The notes beneath the pieces are model-generated. The model had not been told where the DNA came from, ran no database searches, and was given only the letters and a program-made list of their open reading frames with translations. From Lytechinus pictus (lineage: Eukaryota), in NCBI RefSeq assembly GCF_037042905.1, contig NC_087255.1, positions 31,310,001-31,374,000 on the forward strand: a stretch of 64,000 nucleotides of DNA. Reading direction: 5' to 3'. Made by a program: the position numbers and the translations under genes. Shown piece after piece: positions 1-13,982 of the stretch. How positions within the stretch are numbered: position 1 is the stretch's first letter; every line of letters begins with the position of its first letter.

Positions 1-541
1 AACCGATTTTGAAGAAATTTTCAGTGTCATGCTTGTTGGATTTTTCTCCTTTTTTCAAATCAACTTTCATTAGGAGTGGACTTGTCCTTTAAACAGATAA
101 AGACAAATCAGAAAAATAAAACAGTGAAAATTTTCATAAAAATCGGACAAGAAATATCAAAGCTATGGCATTTGAAGGATTTGCATTATTCCGGTGAAAT
201 AATTCTAGGCATGTCTTCATGAATATTCAATGAGCAAACTGATGATGTCATATCCCCACTTGCCCTTATGTATTTTATGATATGAAATTACGTTTATTCA
301 ATTTTTGTTCTACCAAGAACTTAAAAAATGGGTTGACAATTGATCTAGTGGATTTGATATTAATTTCAGCAACTTATTTCATTATAAGGGAGACATATCA
401 TTCACACACGTATGACGAAAATGAAACAATTATGATTTCATGACATAAAATAAGAAAAAATGAAAGTGTAAGTGGGGATGTGACATTATCAGCCCACCTA
501 ATGAATATTAATGACAATGTGCATGTAACTGTTTTCACAAA
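1..541. mobile_element. Fragments of Kolobok-like non-autonomous DNA transposons
   Basis: An element end ...ggacttgtcct+TTAA near 92. Internal inverted motifs gatgatgtcatatccccact / gtggggatgtgacattatcagcccacc are shared with the element at 11198-11766. Confidence 0.6.
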
Positions 542-559
542 ACCTACAACCTACCTACA

Positions 560-725
560 ACTACTGCGACTAATACCATCAATTTTGACACCACAACCAC
601 TACTACTGCTGCTAATAATACTACAACTACTACTTCTACTACTAGGGTAGTGGAAGCAGCAATAGTACTAGTAGTAGTAGCAGTAGTAGTAGTGGTGGTG
701 GTAAAATTGGTGGTAGCAGTAGCTG
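560..725. repeat. Fold-back (ACT)n/(AGT)n-rich inverted repeat
   Basis: Left arm taccatcaattttgacaccacaaccactactactgct pairs with right arm agcagtagtagtagtggtggtggtaaaattggtggta. Confidence 0.7.
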
Positions 726-1553
726 CATATTGGGGCAGATGACAAATCTGAGAGCCATGTTGGTATCTTTTTGAATGAATTCGGACGAAAACAAGGAAGT
801 TATGTGGCATTTTAAGTATTTTAATCGCTAAATATTTTGGTAACCTAGAGAGGAAAAAGTAATCAATATAAAAAATACTAGAGTTCTAAATTTGTTACTT
901 GAATGTACAAAATAAGAAGACGCCATATTTATGTGGAATAATACTGAGCGTCAATTACAGCTAAACAACCTGTGTATCATTAAACTAGAACGAAAAAATA
1001 ATAATCGCACACAGAATATAAAAACACTTTAAAAATTGCAGTACATGGTACACTCGTCGTGGCTTTTATTTTCTTCAGCAAGAGATTCATCCACATCGTG
1101 CAACACATGACCCAGGTGAGGGAATCGGTACCAACAAGAAGAAACTCCTCGAAAAGCTGTGAACTCCGAAATCGGTAGCTTATCCGGGTGATACAAGGTG
1201 GAAGTGCGCACAATGTAAACACCCTAAGCCCTACACAATTAATATAATTAACTTTATATACCATGAATGAGAATTTGTTACAATCAGTTGACATTTTCAT
1301 GAATTCATAATGCTGCTTTAGGCCGCTTTTCAAAATTGGTTTCTGTATTTTTTTTCCTGCATTCGTACCAATGGATGTCATGAGGTAGATCATGGACTTA
1401 CCAGTGGTTATGTTTACCTTTTAACTTTGAGGAGGAAGCACAAAACGTGCTCCACTATTGAACAGTTATCATTACGGTCTTACTCGTCTTATTGAAATAT
1501 AAATAATACCAGAGGAATTATCTTTTTGTCACACCAATGAAACCGACCCAACA

Positions 1554-1718
1554 CAGGGGCCGCGGAACGGTTTTCAAAGTGGGGGGGGGGGGGGCTGATG
1601 ATGCAAAAAATCACAATCATATGGTCATTTTTACGATTTTGTACATGGTTTTGGAAAAAAGTGGGGGGGGGGGGGGCTGAAGCCCCCCCCCCCCCCCCCC
1701 CCGCTACCGCGGCCCCTG
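1554..1718. mobile_element. Short MITE with CAGGGGCCGCGG TIRs, poly-G/poly-C interior and 5-bp TSD CAACA
   Basis: caggggccgcggaacgg ... ccgctaccgcggcccctg; CAACA at 1549-1553 and 1719-1723. Confidence 0.8.
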
Positions 1719-2164
1719 CAACACCGATCAAATCTATTACGTTATTTCCAATGGCATGCTATCGGTCGTTTTGGAGTCAGTTTCACTGGTGTGACTGTAA
1801 CATGATGGTGGCCGTAATAAGTCGCAGAAGGTGATAAAATACGTTGTAGTGCATGTAAAATGCTCCCATCTGCTTATTTTTTTACCTAATACAATAGGCC
1901 TCGTTGGATGAATCAAACCCATTGTCGGAGGATATTACAGCTAAATTTAATGAAAGTAGACAATCATTACAAGACCAAATGACTGTGTTACTAGACACTT
2001 TATTCAATGTGCCGCAGCAATTTCCTGATTCCAGATGATAGCAAAAAATTGGTTATAATATATTATGTTCTTTAAATTAACTCATAGTTACACTTCATAA
2101 TTGTGGAGAGCCTTTCTTCTCATTTTGATGATAATATCAAACCCAATTGTAATACCAAGAACTC

Positions 2165-2365
2165 TTATTTACCCGAGGTATACCACTTTAGCTATTGGCT
2201 GATCTTCTATCTAGTATTTCTCCTCAATTTTCCCTTTCCATACGTCGAGATGGACTAGAAGCCATAAGGTCCCATTCTTAAAGTCTCTGGAATGCCTTGA
2301 CTGGGGATCGAACCCAAGACATCTTGTGCATAAGGCAGACTCTCTACATACCACTAAGCCACCAT
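2165..2365 (-). mobile_element. tRNA-derived SINE remnant
   Basis: Minus strand shows ggtggcttagtgg (A box) and gggttcgatcccc (B box). Confidence 0.6.
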
Positions 2366-3138
2366 TCCCGGGGTGGCATAAGAACAGAATGCTCTGTGTA
2401 AGGCGTAATTAATGAACATATACATTTATCATAGATACCATTATGGGAAAACTAAACAAAGTTAAAAACAAATGATCACTTGAGATAATCATCATGTTTA
2501 TTGTTCTTTAAATTATTATCAACATTGTTTTCAAGTTAGTTTTGATAATGACCATGTTTAGGGTACTTTACTGAAAGTGATTTTTTTGTTTGTTTGATCT
2601 TTGCACATAATGTGCAGTGCCCAGTTATAAGGTAAGAGCCCACTGTCACTCATTAAGGCCAAAGATGAACATTTTACCAATAAATACCCCGTGAACTTTT
2701 AAGTATTTTTTTTCAGTTCTGACAAATCCGATTCCTAAACTTAATCAAGGTTGACCACTGGAATGCTCAGTATGTTTCCTCATTATGCAGTATTAAACAA
2801 GACTTTGATTGTGCTCCAAGAAAACAGAAAAGAAAATGTGGACATATACTACTGTCTGTTTATATACCCAGGTACTCGTGTATTAGACCCGATTGTGAGA
2901 GCAGAAAAGAGAGGTTTGCTGATCACAATGGCAAATAAAATGTGAGAATTCTTTATGCCGTTTATCCACTTTGGACACCAAGTTGACTTTATACAGAGTA
3001 TCACAGGGAGCGGGGAAAGTGATGTCTGAATGAATATAGTTTTGCTGGTTTCACTTTCATAAAATATAATTCAATAATTATTTGTAAAAGAAATATAATG
3101 GGAATGATGACGACGACGACGTTGCTGCTGCTGCTGAT

Positions 3139-3796
3139 NNNNNNNNNNNNNNNNNNNNNNNNNNNNNNNNNNNNNNNNNNNNNNNNNNNNNNNNNNNNNN
3201 NNNNNNNNNNNNNNNNNNNNNNNNNNNNNNNNNNNNNNNNNNNNNNNNNNNNNNNNNNNNNNNNNNNNNNNNNNNNNNNNNNNNNNNNNNNNNNNNNNNN
3301 NNNNNNNNNNNNNNNNNNNNNNNNNNNNNNNNNNNNNNNNNNNNNNNNNNNNNNNNNNNNNNNNNNNNNNNNNNNNNNNNNNNNNNNNNNNNNNNNNNNN
3401 NNNNNNNNNNNNNNNNNNNNNNNNNNNNNNNNNNNNNNNNNNNNNNNNNNNNNNNNNNNNNNNNNNNNNNNNNNNNNNNNNNNNNNNNNNNNNNNNNNNN
3501 NNNNNNNNNNNNNNNNNNNNNNNNNNNNNNNNNNNNNNNNNNNNNNNNNNNNNNNNNNNNNNNNNNNNNNNNNNNNNNNNNNNNNNNNNNNNNNNNNNNN
3601 NNNNNNNNNNNNNNNNNNNNNNNNNNNNNNNNNNNNNNNNNNNNNNNNNNNNNNNNNNNNNNNNNNNNNNNNNNNNNNNNNNNNNNNNNNNNNNNNNNNN
3701 NNNNNNNNNNNNNNNNNNNNNNNNNNNNNNNNNNNNNNNNNNNNNNNNNNNNNNNNNNNNNNNNNNNNNNNNNNNNNNNNNNNNNNNNNNNNNNNN
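3139..3796. other. Assembly gap (N run)
   Basis: Run of N. Confidence 1.
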
Positions 3797-4726
3797 ATGA
3801 AAACGTTGCATTTTTAAGTGTCAATTGCTTCAAATAAACCTGCATTTTATTAAAAAAAATCGAGCCAATTGAGTTCACACGTGTTGTATAATTATAAAGT
3901 AAGTTTCCACGTTCAAAGTCAAGATTTATAATTAAATCTTCATCGAAATGATTAAACGAAACAGAATGAGATACGAGGCGTGTACATTGCACTATCTACA
4001 TTTGAAGGTCGATTATTCATTATTTCATTCGACCAAACGATTGGAATCCATTCTTTAAAGAAACCGCGCCCATTTCGAATGAAGCAGAAACGACCGCTGG
4101 CATGCAAAGACCATAACATTCCTGCGGTCCGTCTCAAATAAAAATCGATTTTAAGAATGGCATGGTTGTCTGGCATGATCGAACACGAGTTAAGGGTAAA
4201 GCCCAGTGACCGATCTTAATTAGAATACAGATTATATAACTATTTCGAGTTTAAACAACAAAACGTCATACGATTAATAAGCAGCAATAAGCTAGTATTA
4301 ATTTATACTATGGTTTACGTTGGTTTACGTTTACGTAACACCCAATTGTGTCGTTTCAAAATCGGAAGAGTTTTTTTTAGGGGGTCGTTGTAGATGTGAA
4401 AGGAAAAGAAAAGGAAGATTTGAGAGATATGGGTAAGGAAGTAGAAAAATGGAGGAAGGGGAAGGGGTAAAGAGAGGAGAGATGGACAAGGAGACGAGAG
4501 AGAGGGAGGGAGAGAGAGATGGGGGAAGAGGGGGATTTGAAGGAGGAGCGAGGAGATGTGGTAGTTTATGTATTGTTTAAGGTCAAAGGGATAGAGCTTA
4601 AAAATAGTCTCGCATTATGATTATGAAACTGATCTTTTAACATCTACGTTAGATCGCTATAGGATGGTTCTTGAGCGTACTGAGATGATTATGTTAAATC
4701 GTCGATTTCTTTCATTTTGTTAATAA

Positions 4727-4965
4727 CACAGCAAAAACTGTGGTGTTAACCGGTGTACATAGAGGACCACACCAGTTGTTTTACACCGGTGTTAAATTGA
4801 CGGTGTTAGTTTTACACCTATAGGTGTTATTACAACACCTTTGGTTGTTACATTTACACTCATTGGTGTTCTGTTCAATCTCTAGGGTGTCATTTTAACA
4901 CCTCGGGGTGTGGTCCTCTATTAACACCAACTGGTGTCAGTTTTAACACCGCAGTTTTTACAGTG
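4727..4965 (+). mobile_element. CACTA/EnSpm-like MITE (CAC...GTG termini, 2-bp TSD AA)
   Basis: TIRs cacagcaaaaactgtggtgttaa / ttaacaccgcagtttttacagtg; internal ggtgttaa repeats; second copy at 23120-23350. Confidence 0.8.
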
Positions 4966-6199
4966 AACCATGTCCTCAATCACACCCCACCCCTCCCTCT
5001 CTGTCTGCCTGTCTCTCTCTCTCTCCCTCCTTTTCTATCTACTCCTACCCTCTCTTCCCGTTTCTACTTGATTTCGTTCTTTCTAGGCTTGTTTTAAAAA
5101 CGAGGAGCTATATTGAACGAAAATATTTCATTCACACCGTCTGGTGGCTGCTGGCATACACAACATGTTTGTATTTTATTCGATAAACATGTTGCTTTTC
5201 GCCCCGTTTCTCGAATTCTACACAACATACATGTTTCTGTTTTGTTGCTCTTGTTGTCTTTTATACTATGAAAGACGGGCAAACTGAACACATTCAAAAA
5301 GGATAGATCAATACTGATCGATTAGGTTCAAATAACTCCGTTAACAAATACACCCTTCCGGGGGTCACGCTTTATGGAACAACCAATATAATACTTACAC
5401 GGGACCCTACTCCACCGTGTAAAATCGAATAGCTTTTTAGTTATCTCCCAGTAATAATCAGATACTTATAAGCTTAAAGGATGGATGATGTTTTCAATTA
5501 AAGCTGGGTAAGATTACTATAATGTATTGGAGGCATGTTTGAAAATTTAGACGTTTTCTGCATATCAGTAATTCCAAGTGCAGACTATTACTACAATACT
5601 ACAGTTTGTTGGTGTATTTGAAATACATGGTCTATTTGTTACCCTATATTTATGACTGGCCTAAATAAAGTTGGTCACCATGGAGTGCCACCCGATTCAG
5701 TATCTATAAATGTGTGGAATTACTTACCCCTTACTTAATCGTTTATTGTTAATTTCTTTATGATTTTCTGGCTGCAAAAAATAGGGGATAACCCTTAAAA
5801 ACGGTGTTACATAGAAGAAGAAGAAGGGGAAAAAAAGAAGAAAAGGAAAAAGAAGGAATAAGAAGAAGAAGAAGGGAAAAAGGGGAAAAAAGAAGAAGAA
5901 AAAAAGAAGTTCAAGATCAAGAATGAGGAGGAGATGGTGAAGAGAAAGAAGGGGGAATTAAAAGGTTAAAGACAATCAATAATGACATACCTCCTTGAGC
6001 ATGGACATCAGATACCAGGAGAACCATCAGAAGGGGTATGACTAACCCCCATCTGACCCAAAGCACCGGGGGATTCATCCCTTCTTAGTTCCCTCCTCCT
6101 CCTCTTAACAGTAATATCCTTGAATATATGACTGCACTCTGAATAAAACTTATATTATCCCTTTATAACCATCCAAATAGTACGCCATGGTTAGAAAGC

Positions 6200-6850
6200 T
6201 GAAGAAATATGATAGTTAATTAAGAATCCATCTTGAAGGTATAGGGGTAATAAAACAAAACCGGTAGGCACATGGTAGGGCTACTTCAAGGTGCTGCACA
6301 GAGCATGTCAAAGGCTCCGCCCGTGGGAGTCTGCAGGGGTGGCGATGAATGGGCGTAAACCAGTACAAATCTCCCGCGTGGAGTTATACAAAGAATATAA
6401 TAGGTAAAAGTATAGAAGCCTGTCAAAGAACAAGAAGGGTCTATTGTGTAATCACGGCTTCAACATCTTCGATCTCAAAAGCCTTTTTTTAGGAGCATCT
6501 GCCGTTTTGTTCTTTTCATGCTTCAGTAGTATCTCCATTATCCTCCCTCACTGCGCTCGATCATACTTTCATTCATGTAGAGATTGTCTGTGGATGGAGA
6601 AGAGTTGGGGGTGCATTGCCCCGAGACAGGGCAGGCGTGGTAACAATCGAATATCCTCTTCTTAGAACACCTTGTGGTTCACAGGCTTCTGCAATAAAAG
6701 TGTTATCTTTTTTTATTACTTCTTGCATCTTCAACTTTGTTCCTATTAGCGCGAGCCTACAGAAAAATACAAGAGAGTTATTCAAGCATTTCTGATTAAA
6801 CTCATGAGCTTCACAGGTCCAGACCGGTGGCTCATTCATAGAGAGGATGG
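6200..6850 (-). mobile_element. Decayed non-LTR retrotransposon ORF1 (gag-like), possibly I/Nimb clade
   Basis: Broken-frame peptides KKDNTFIAE, LRPFIATP and F*H recall the I-group ORF1 pattern (DGTLLVE...VRPYIPxPxRC...FGH); many stops and frameshifts. Confidence 0.4.
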
Positions 6851-7711
6851 GACTTATTATCTGACCCTTTTCATTTTTTTATTCAGTCGATGATGACCCT
6901 CTTAGCGTTACACAAAAGAGAAAGTCCTTCTCCATACTGAACTTTCTTCAGAAGCTTGTTAGTTCGCGGTCCAAGTGTACACATTCTGCCACTATCCAAA
7001 CGGTTTTTGTTTTTCTGTCAACCTTCTGAAGTACCTCAAACAATCAGATATTCAAATCGCTCTGATCAACATGGTGGTTGTCTAAAAACTTGACATCACA
7101 GAGGAATTTTGTTTGACGATTTGGGTAAGTCAGGGCCCGGAGAGATTGAGAGCCATTCAACGTGCTCAACGGCGACATTAACGTGTTTAAAACTGCACAG
7201 ATAACCGAAATAATATTATCCTCGATGTTGATATTTCAAACAACATGTACACCTTTAAAAGAATAAAAACACGTTGTTTACCGCGTTATGGATTTAGATC
7301 TGCCTCATGATTTTACAGCAACAAAATAGTGATCTTTTCCCGATCAGGTGGTCCACAAACAAACAACTAAAATTTATTGTTGCATAGGGAGCTAAGTATG
7401 AAGTGTCATTGACCTTCACATCTATACAACACCCGATTTTTAAACAGCTAAGTTTCTTCTACTTGAGAATTGCATTTTTTCTCTCGGTTGCTAAACTCCC
7501 TCGGAGATAAAGTATCTGAAAGTTATATTCAGTATGGGGGGTAAATGTGAATAATCAAATATTAAGGTAAAACTAGATTACTCAGTCTTACACCGTGTTG
7601 TATTTTTTGGAGGATACATATATCTTGTCTTTTTCATTTGGTCTCGGAGCTCCCTCACAAACCAAAGAATGACACTTATTTTCAGGGGTAACGTCATAGA
7701 CCCACGTCCAG

Positions 7712-7868
7712 GGGAGCGTTTCATGAAAGGACTTGTCGGACGTTTTATCCGACAAGTCCCATTATATCCGACAGTTACCATAGTAACAGTGCGGCTCTGC
7801 CAATCAAAATCAAGGAAAGATGTCAGATCTGACAACTTGTCGGACAAAAATGTTGATGAAACGCCCCC
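7712..7868. mobile_element. PIF/Harbinger-type MITE, TSD CAG
   Basis: TIRs gggagcgtttcat / atgaaacgccccc flanked by CAG at 7709-7711 and 7869-7871. Confidence 0.78.
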
Positions 7869-8544
7869 CAGGTCGTGAAAAGATATCGCTTCCCCCGGTC
7901 GCTTCCCCTGGACGACACCAATGAGGACACTAGCGTGCAGATAGGGGATGGGCCTTGGGAGCATTTCCCGACCAAGAAAAAAAAAGATAGAAAAGGAAAG
8001 AGAAGGACAGGAAATAGGTGAGATGTGACTTTATTCTTAGAATAGAAAGTCAAATTTTTATCACAAAATTAGATTTCCCTATAAAAAGGTTGAAAAAAAT
8101 TCGCTTGCTTCGCTCCCTCACAGCCTTTTAAAAATAAAAATTGCCGCATACACCATGCCTTGCCCCTCTAAAATTTTTGGCTCACTACTGAATGCCGGTC
8201 ATAGGATGATGCCCCCTTTCCAATCGTTAGATCCATTGCCCTCCATTCTCCCCCCCCCCCCCCCCTGCCTTAGAAATCATGATGTCGCAACTGCTCGTCC
8301 CTGTCTTAAGTACATGTCAACATACTATGGCCGCATGTAATCTCAAAATATTTCAGTTACTATATTTTACAGAATTTCACCAATCCTAAAAACAACATGA
8401 ATTGAACATGATAGTTCACTTGACATAAAATTTACATGAATATTCACTGTGCCTATTGCACTTATTTATCATTAATATATGCCCATAATTTGTAATGATT
8501 ATTATATTTGCTTAATAGTGCTTATCACTTACTTTATCAAAAAG

Positions 8545-8770
8545 TCTAGAAGCACTTTACTATATATACTTTGGCTTTATAGCAGTGCAGCTGAAACGCG
8601 CTCAACCGTTTGAAGGAATAAATTTCCGCCGAGTACCAATTTACCTCACCTGGGTAGAGTGCAGCACAATATAATTTTTTTTTATTGTTGAAGGAAATAT
8701 CGCCATGGCTGAGATTCGATCCCATGACTTTTTGATTGAAAGGCGTGTAGCAGAACCTCACGTAGCGCAG
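8545..8770 (-). mobile_element. tRNA-derived SINE remnant
   Basis: Minus strand has B-box-like ggatcgaatc, core acccaggtgaggtaaattggtac and a 3' tail taaagtgcttctag. Confidence 0.6.
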
Positions 8771-9239
8771 CAATTAAAGTTTACTTTTGTGTAATATTGA
8801 CATAGACTTACATCGCAACAGCCAAACATTTTCTATCTTTTAGTGGTAGAGCCGCTAATGCTTAATAATGCTAATGTACGCCTAATTGTGCGATTAATCA
8901 TATTGGCTGTTTTCTGTTTTCATGCGTAATTGGCATTGCACTGTCGTCGACCAATGCTATTCTATTAGAATCTAATTGTCTGATTAATTAAGGGTAATTA
9001 AAAATATACACTGTGTATAAATTATATACCAGTGATAGTGATGAGTCATCCCATTTATAATACATGATGTGCCTTATCAGAGGATCTTTCTATCACTATG
9101 ACAACCGCATAGCTCTGTCCAATTTCATTCCAGACGTGTGTCGATTGATTTCCGATTACCTTTTTTTTGCATTCATAGAGGGCCAGAGGAACGAAATGAA
9201 AACTACACCATGAAGCCCGTTTCTTTCAAATTTGATATA

Positions 9240-9272
<33 letters not shown>

Positions 9273-9356
9273 TAGTAAATGACTGGTGATTATTATCTAT
9301 TGAGTATAAAACTGAGTCATTCGGACCTGCGCTGTTAACTATTTTTGTACTGACCT

Positions 9357-10432
9357 CGGGTTTAGTAAATATCAATGTGTAATTAATAGCAATGAATATA
9401 ATATTTAATTCTCTTTAAAATGATACCCTACACGATATGATTATGGTTCACATTGAGGTGCAGTGCCTTGAAATGTGGGGCAATTTCAAAATTCAAAAGT
9501 TGCAAAATGACACAATATTGAAAGTCACTGTTCTTTTTTCCGTGGTGATGAGTGAGTTTTTCAGCGGTTTTTTTTATTTATTTGATCGATAATTCCTCAT
9601 CGGTTTTAGTAAATATCAATGTGTAATTAATATCAATGAATAGTTCATTTGATATTCTTTAAAATGATACTCTACATCATATGATTATCGTTCACATGGA
9701 GGTGCAGTGCCTTGACATGTGGGGCATTCAAAAGTTGCAAAATGACACAATATTGAAAGTCACTGTTCTTTTTTCAGTGGTGATGAGTGAGTTTCTTATC
9801 GGTTTCTTTTAATAGTTTTCATGCACCGATCAACATTGACATGGAATCAAACACACCTCTGCACAAGCAAACACATAACAAACAAACAAACATGCATGGG
9901 TATTTCAAACCACGACTCAAACCATGTTATCTCACAAAACCATCACTACAGAAGCAGGGGCTTGATTTCAATGGATTTTCATCTCTATTGACACAGACAA
10001 GAGAATCATGTTTTGTATTGACCCTTCGTGACTACTTCTGCTCGTTTTGCAGATTTTCAATTCAGACCTCATCCAACACTTTTGAATCCTGCTCTTTTCG
10101 TGATGGCATGGTCATAACAAGCATGGTATCATTTTAAAGATAATTGAATGATATTTTGAATGATATCAAATATGTATTGTGTAAAGTTGGGAGTTGGAAG
10201 AAATTAATGGTCAAACTCAGATTTCCAAACCTTTTTTGCTCGTTTTGCAGCTTTTCAATTCAGAACTCATCCAACACTTTTGAATCCTGCTCTTTTCGTG
10301 ATGGCATGATCATAACAAGCATGGTATCATTTTAAAGAGAATTAAATGATTTTTTGAATGATGTAAAATATGCATTGTGTAAAATTGGGAGTTGGGAGAA
10401 ATTAATGGCCAAACACAGATTTCCAAACTTTT
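9357..10432. repeat. Two pairs of tandem duplications (~244 bp x2 and ~198 bp x2), probably DNA-transposon subterminal arrays
   Basis: 9357-9560 resembles 9601-9795; 10038-10235 resembles 10236-10432. CTTTAAAATGATAC is forward in the left pair and reverse in the right pair. Confidence 0.7.
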
Positions 10433-11197
10433 TTTGAGGAGTTTAGTTACATTATCAGCTTTTCTACCTAAAATTATGTCTCTAGTCGTAGATGGCGCTA
10501 ATCACGAAGTAGCAATCAACCTCATCAACCACGATCCTTGGCTGAACCAAGTCTGTCATAAAACATCATATTTATTCAAGTGCAGATTTAGAGGGGACAA
10601 AGAGGCATGTATCATATTTCATTGTAGAAAATTGAATAATGTATCTCCTTTATTTTAAGGGACCCTTTGAATTTAAAATGTAAAACCCTTTTAACCCTCA
10701 TATCATGCATTTTAATGGAGACGATTGTTGAACCCTATTGCAAGTGATAATGAAACCAATACAGACGTATAGACCCTAAAGTTGGTAAAAATTACATCAA
10801 GAAAGAAAGGAGAATGAAAAGGGTAACATATTTTAATGATTTGAAAATCGTTTTTCGCAAACTTATGTCAAGAAGTTAAACTATCACAAAAATAGCTTTC
10901 CGTTTTGCCCCCCGTCAACCCGAGAAGAGTAAAAAAAAAAAATCGATATTTTGTTTTACAGGATTAAAGGGATTTCACCCAATAACAGACGTCCATTGTA
11001 ATTCGAACAACCTTAGTATCGATTAAACCAAGGGAGGTATATTATTCTCCGGGATGTAGTTAAAAATAGCTTGTAGTTCTTATCAGTCTCTTTCTAAATA
11101 ATTTACGATACCTTCGTTTTTCATATTCATCCAGGTGGGTGTTAAATAAAGCTGTTCGTAGACTTACGCATGTCTTGAACATGTTCTTTGAGGTTAA

Positions 11198-11766
11198 AGG
11201 GATGGTCCGGGCTGAAAATATTTATATCTTAATACATAGAGTAGAATTCACTGAGCAAAATGCCGAAAACTTCATCAAAATCGGATAACAAGTAATAAAG
11301 TTATTGAAGTTTAAAGTTTAGCAATATTTTGTGAAAACAGTCATGAATATTCATTAGGCGGGCTGATGATGTCACATCTCCACTTTCCGTTTTCTTGTTA
11401 TTACATAAAATCATAATTTTTTCATTATTTCATACTTGTGTGAATAATATGTCTTCCTTATAATGAAAAAAGTTGCAGAAATGAATATCTAATGCACCAA
11501 ATCAGTTGTCAATCCAATTTTTCTAGTTCTTGGAGGAAAAAATTTGAAAAAACATATAATAAAATACAAAAGAACAAGTGGGGATGTGACATCATCAGCC
11601 CACCTAATGAATATTTATGACGACTGTTTCCATAAAATATTGCTAAACTTTAAAATTCAATAACTTTGTTAATTGTTATCCAATTTTGAGGAAATTTTCG
11701 GCATTTTGCTCAGTGAATTCTACTCTATTTATTAAGCTATAAATACTTTCAGCCCGGACCATCCCT
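11198..11766. mobile_element. Kolobok-like MITE with long TIRs, TTAA TSD
   Basis: TTAA+agggatggtccgggctgaaa ... tttcagcccggaccatccct+TTAA; inverted repeats extend roughly 190 bp. Confidence 0.85.
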
Positions 11767-12812
11767 TTAAGTCAGATACATAGGGATGTATCATTTAGCA
11801 TAAAAAGGATCATCACTCGAATCTACTCGAATCGATGGGATAGCGCCATCACCACTAAACCCAACCAACCAACCAAGTGTAAAATAATTTGTATCTTCCG
11901 AGCGGCTTTATGAAACACCTATCAGGGATAGCATCACAGGGGGCAAAGGTTATCGCCCCTTTTGATTTTGAAACTGAGAAAAAAAAATGAGGGGGAAAGG
12001 AAGGCAAACAAAGATTAGGATACTAAAGAGAAATATGACACTAGAATCACACTCCACAATATTTTACCAAGAGTAAAAATACTATGCTCTCAACAGGGGC
12101 GGGCGGTGTCAGAGTATTTTGATGGGGGTGATCTGAGGGTGACGTCATTTCTTTTCTCCAATGAATACAATGAGAAGAGGTAGTAAGAGTTACAGCAATC
12201 CATATCTCAGTTTCATACTTTTCCTGTACATGAGATTTCTTCATTTTCTCCCCCATTCAACCCACCAGCACACACGTGGGGGCTTTGCAGTACGTGTTAC
12301 GTTCATGGTCATGGTATTACTTTCGTACCAAATATGCCCTCCAGTCGACCGTCGTTAAACTTTTGCCCCAAGATAAAACAAATCATTTAAAATAGATATC
12401 TTGTTTGCAGAGGTGCGACATGATTTACTGTTGTTATTAAATAAAAGATCAAAAATTACAACTTGATACTTTAATTCGCTGTTTTTCTGCGTTTTTATGA
12501 ATGATTCATGTGAGAAAAGAAAATAATTGACATATAATATCATTTATGTCTGTATTACATAAAATATTCCCCAGAATATGATTAATGATCGCGTGTAGAG
12601 TGATAGGTTAGAAAATTGAATTCGTGTCAGAATGATATCGTAACCTTACACGTATTTATTCCACAATCATGAAATTGAAATTAAAGCCAGTCAAAATATG
12701 ATATCATATTTGGAAAAGATTTCATAATGTGAATGATGTTGAAATATCATGATATTTCAATCTTACAAAATTAAAGTGATTATATTATTATCATTTTTTT
12801 TTTGGTTCATCA

Positions 12813-13008
12813 GGTGCGATAGAGCGGTCGGTAGAGCGGGGGTTTCATATTCCGGTGACCCGGTTTCGATTTCCAATTGGTGCGCTAGTGCCCTTTGGTA
12901 AGGCATTTAAATCCTCTTAACCAGGTCCTTCGGAGATGACCTTAAGCCGTCGGTCCTCTGGTTGCTTACTTACAAGTATTCATGCTTTCTTAGCAATCAG
13001 GTAAAAAA
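12813..13008 (+). mobile_element. tRNA-derived SINE
   Basis: A-box-like tagagcggtcggtagagc, B-box-like ggtttcgattt and an A-rich tail; internally deleted sister copy at ~13899-13982. Confidence 0.65.
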
Positions 13009-13559
13009 TTACTACCATTTTTAAAATTTACCAAATTCATTCTTTAATTCTCTTTGGAAATATGAATTTAGATTTTAAGAGATTTAGCTCCCTCCACTGG
13101 TAATGTTTTATTTGTCGTAAAAATATTTAAACCTTGAAATTATCAACCCCTTTCCATGCATGATGAATAATTTTATACCAACAATTGGAAAAAGCAAGCT
13201 GCTTTCATTTTTCATATTTTCCTTTAATTTCAAGGAAAACTCACATTTTGTTTCATATAATCCATATCCTAAAAATGTTTACAACTCACCCGCTAATAAG
13301 ATGTATTTATGATGTATGGAATAGTGACCAGTATTCTGAAAGGGTATATATTTATCAAAACTTTGTTTATGGATATCATAAATGAGAATCAAATGACTGA
13401 AACAGCGATCTTGAAATATCGGGCTCATATTCATGGCTTGGGTGGCTCTCTATTTTTGTGAGTTAGCGTCCCGTTGCTAAGGTAATTCAGTCAAAGGTTG
13501 ACCGCGTCTGGTCGCTTGACCCATAATGCCATGAACTCATCAATTCTCGAGGGAGATAG

Positions 13560-13693
13560 NNNNNNNNNNNNNNNNNNNNNNNNNNNNNNNNNNNNNNNNN
13601 NNNNNNNNNNNNNNNNNNNNNNNNNNNNNNNNNNNNNNNNNNNNNNNNNNNNNNNNNNNNNNNNNNNNNNNNNNNNNNNNNNNNNNNNNNNNN
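13560..13693. other. Assembly gap (N run)
   Basis: Run of N. Confidence 1.
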
Positions 13694-13898
13694 ATAAAGA
13701 AGGGGATAGAAGATACGGAGATTTTATTCAGCTGTATGTGCTAAATTGTACTGATGTAAGGTTTGCAAAATTAAGTTTATGCTGTAGTATGAACATTTCT
13801 TTCTGTGGTTTAGATATTATAGGGTTTGTTAGTCCACTATATATAGCTAACTTTGTGCTCAATGTGAAAATAGATTTTCGAAATTGAGGGGAAGCGCG

Positions 13899-13982
13899 AT
13901 TCCGGTGACCCGGGTTCGATAGGTCTGGTTGCTTGCTTACAAGCAAGCATTCATGCTTTCTTAGCGATCATGTAAAAAAAAA
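13899..13982 (+). mobile_element. Internally deleted copy of the SINE at 12813
   Basis: attccggtgacccgggttcgat is followed closely by ctggttgcttgcttacaag...cattcatgctttcttagc. Confidence 0.6.

Noticed and set aside
3071-3992. Long ORFs of 239-304 aa
   Set aside because: Artefacts of translating through the N gap; the same applies to 13498-13887.
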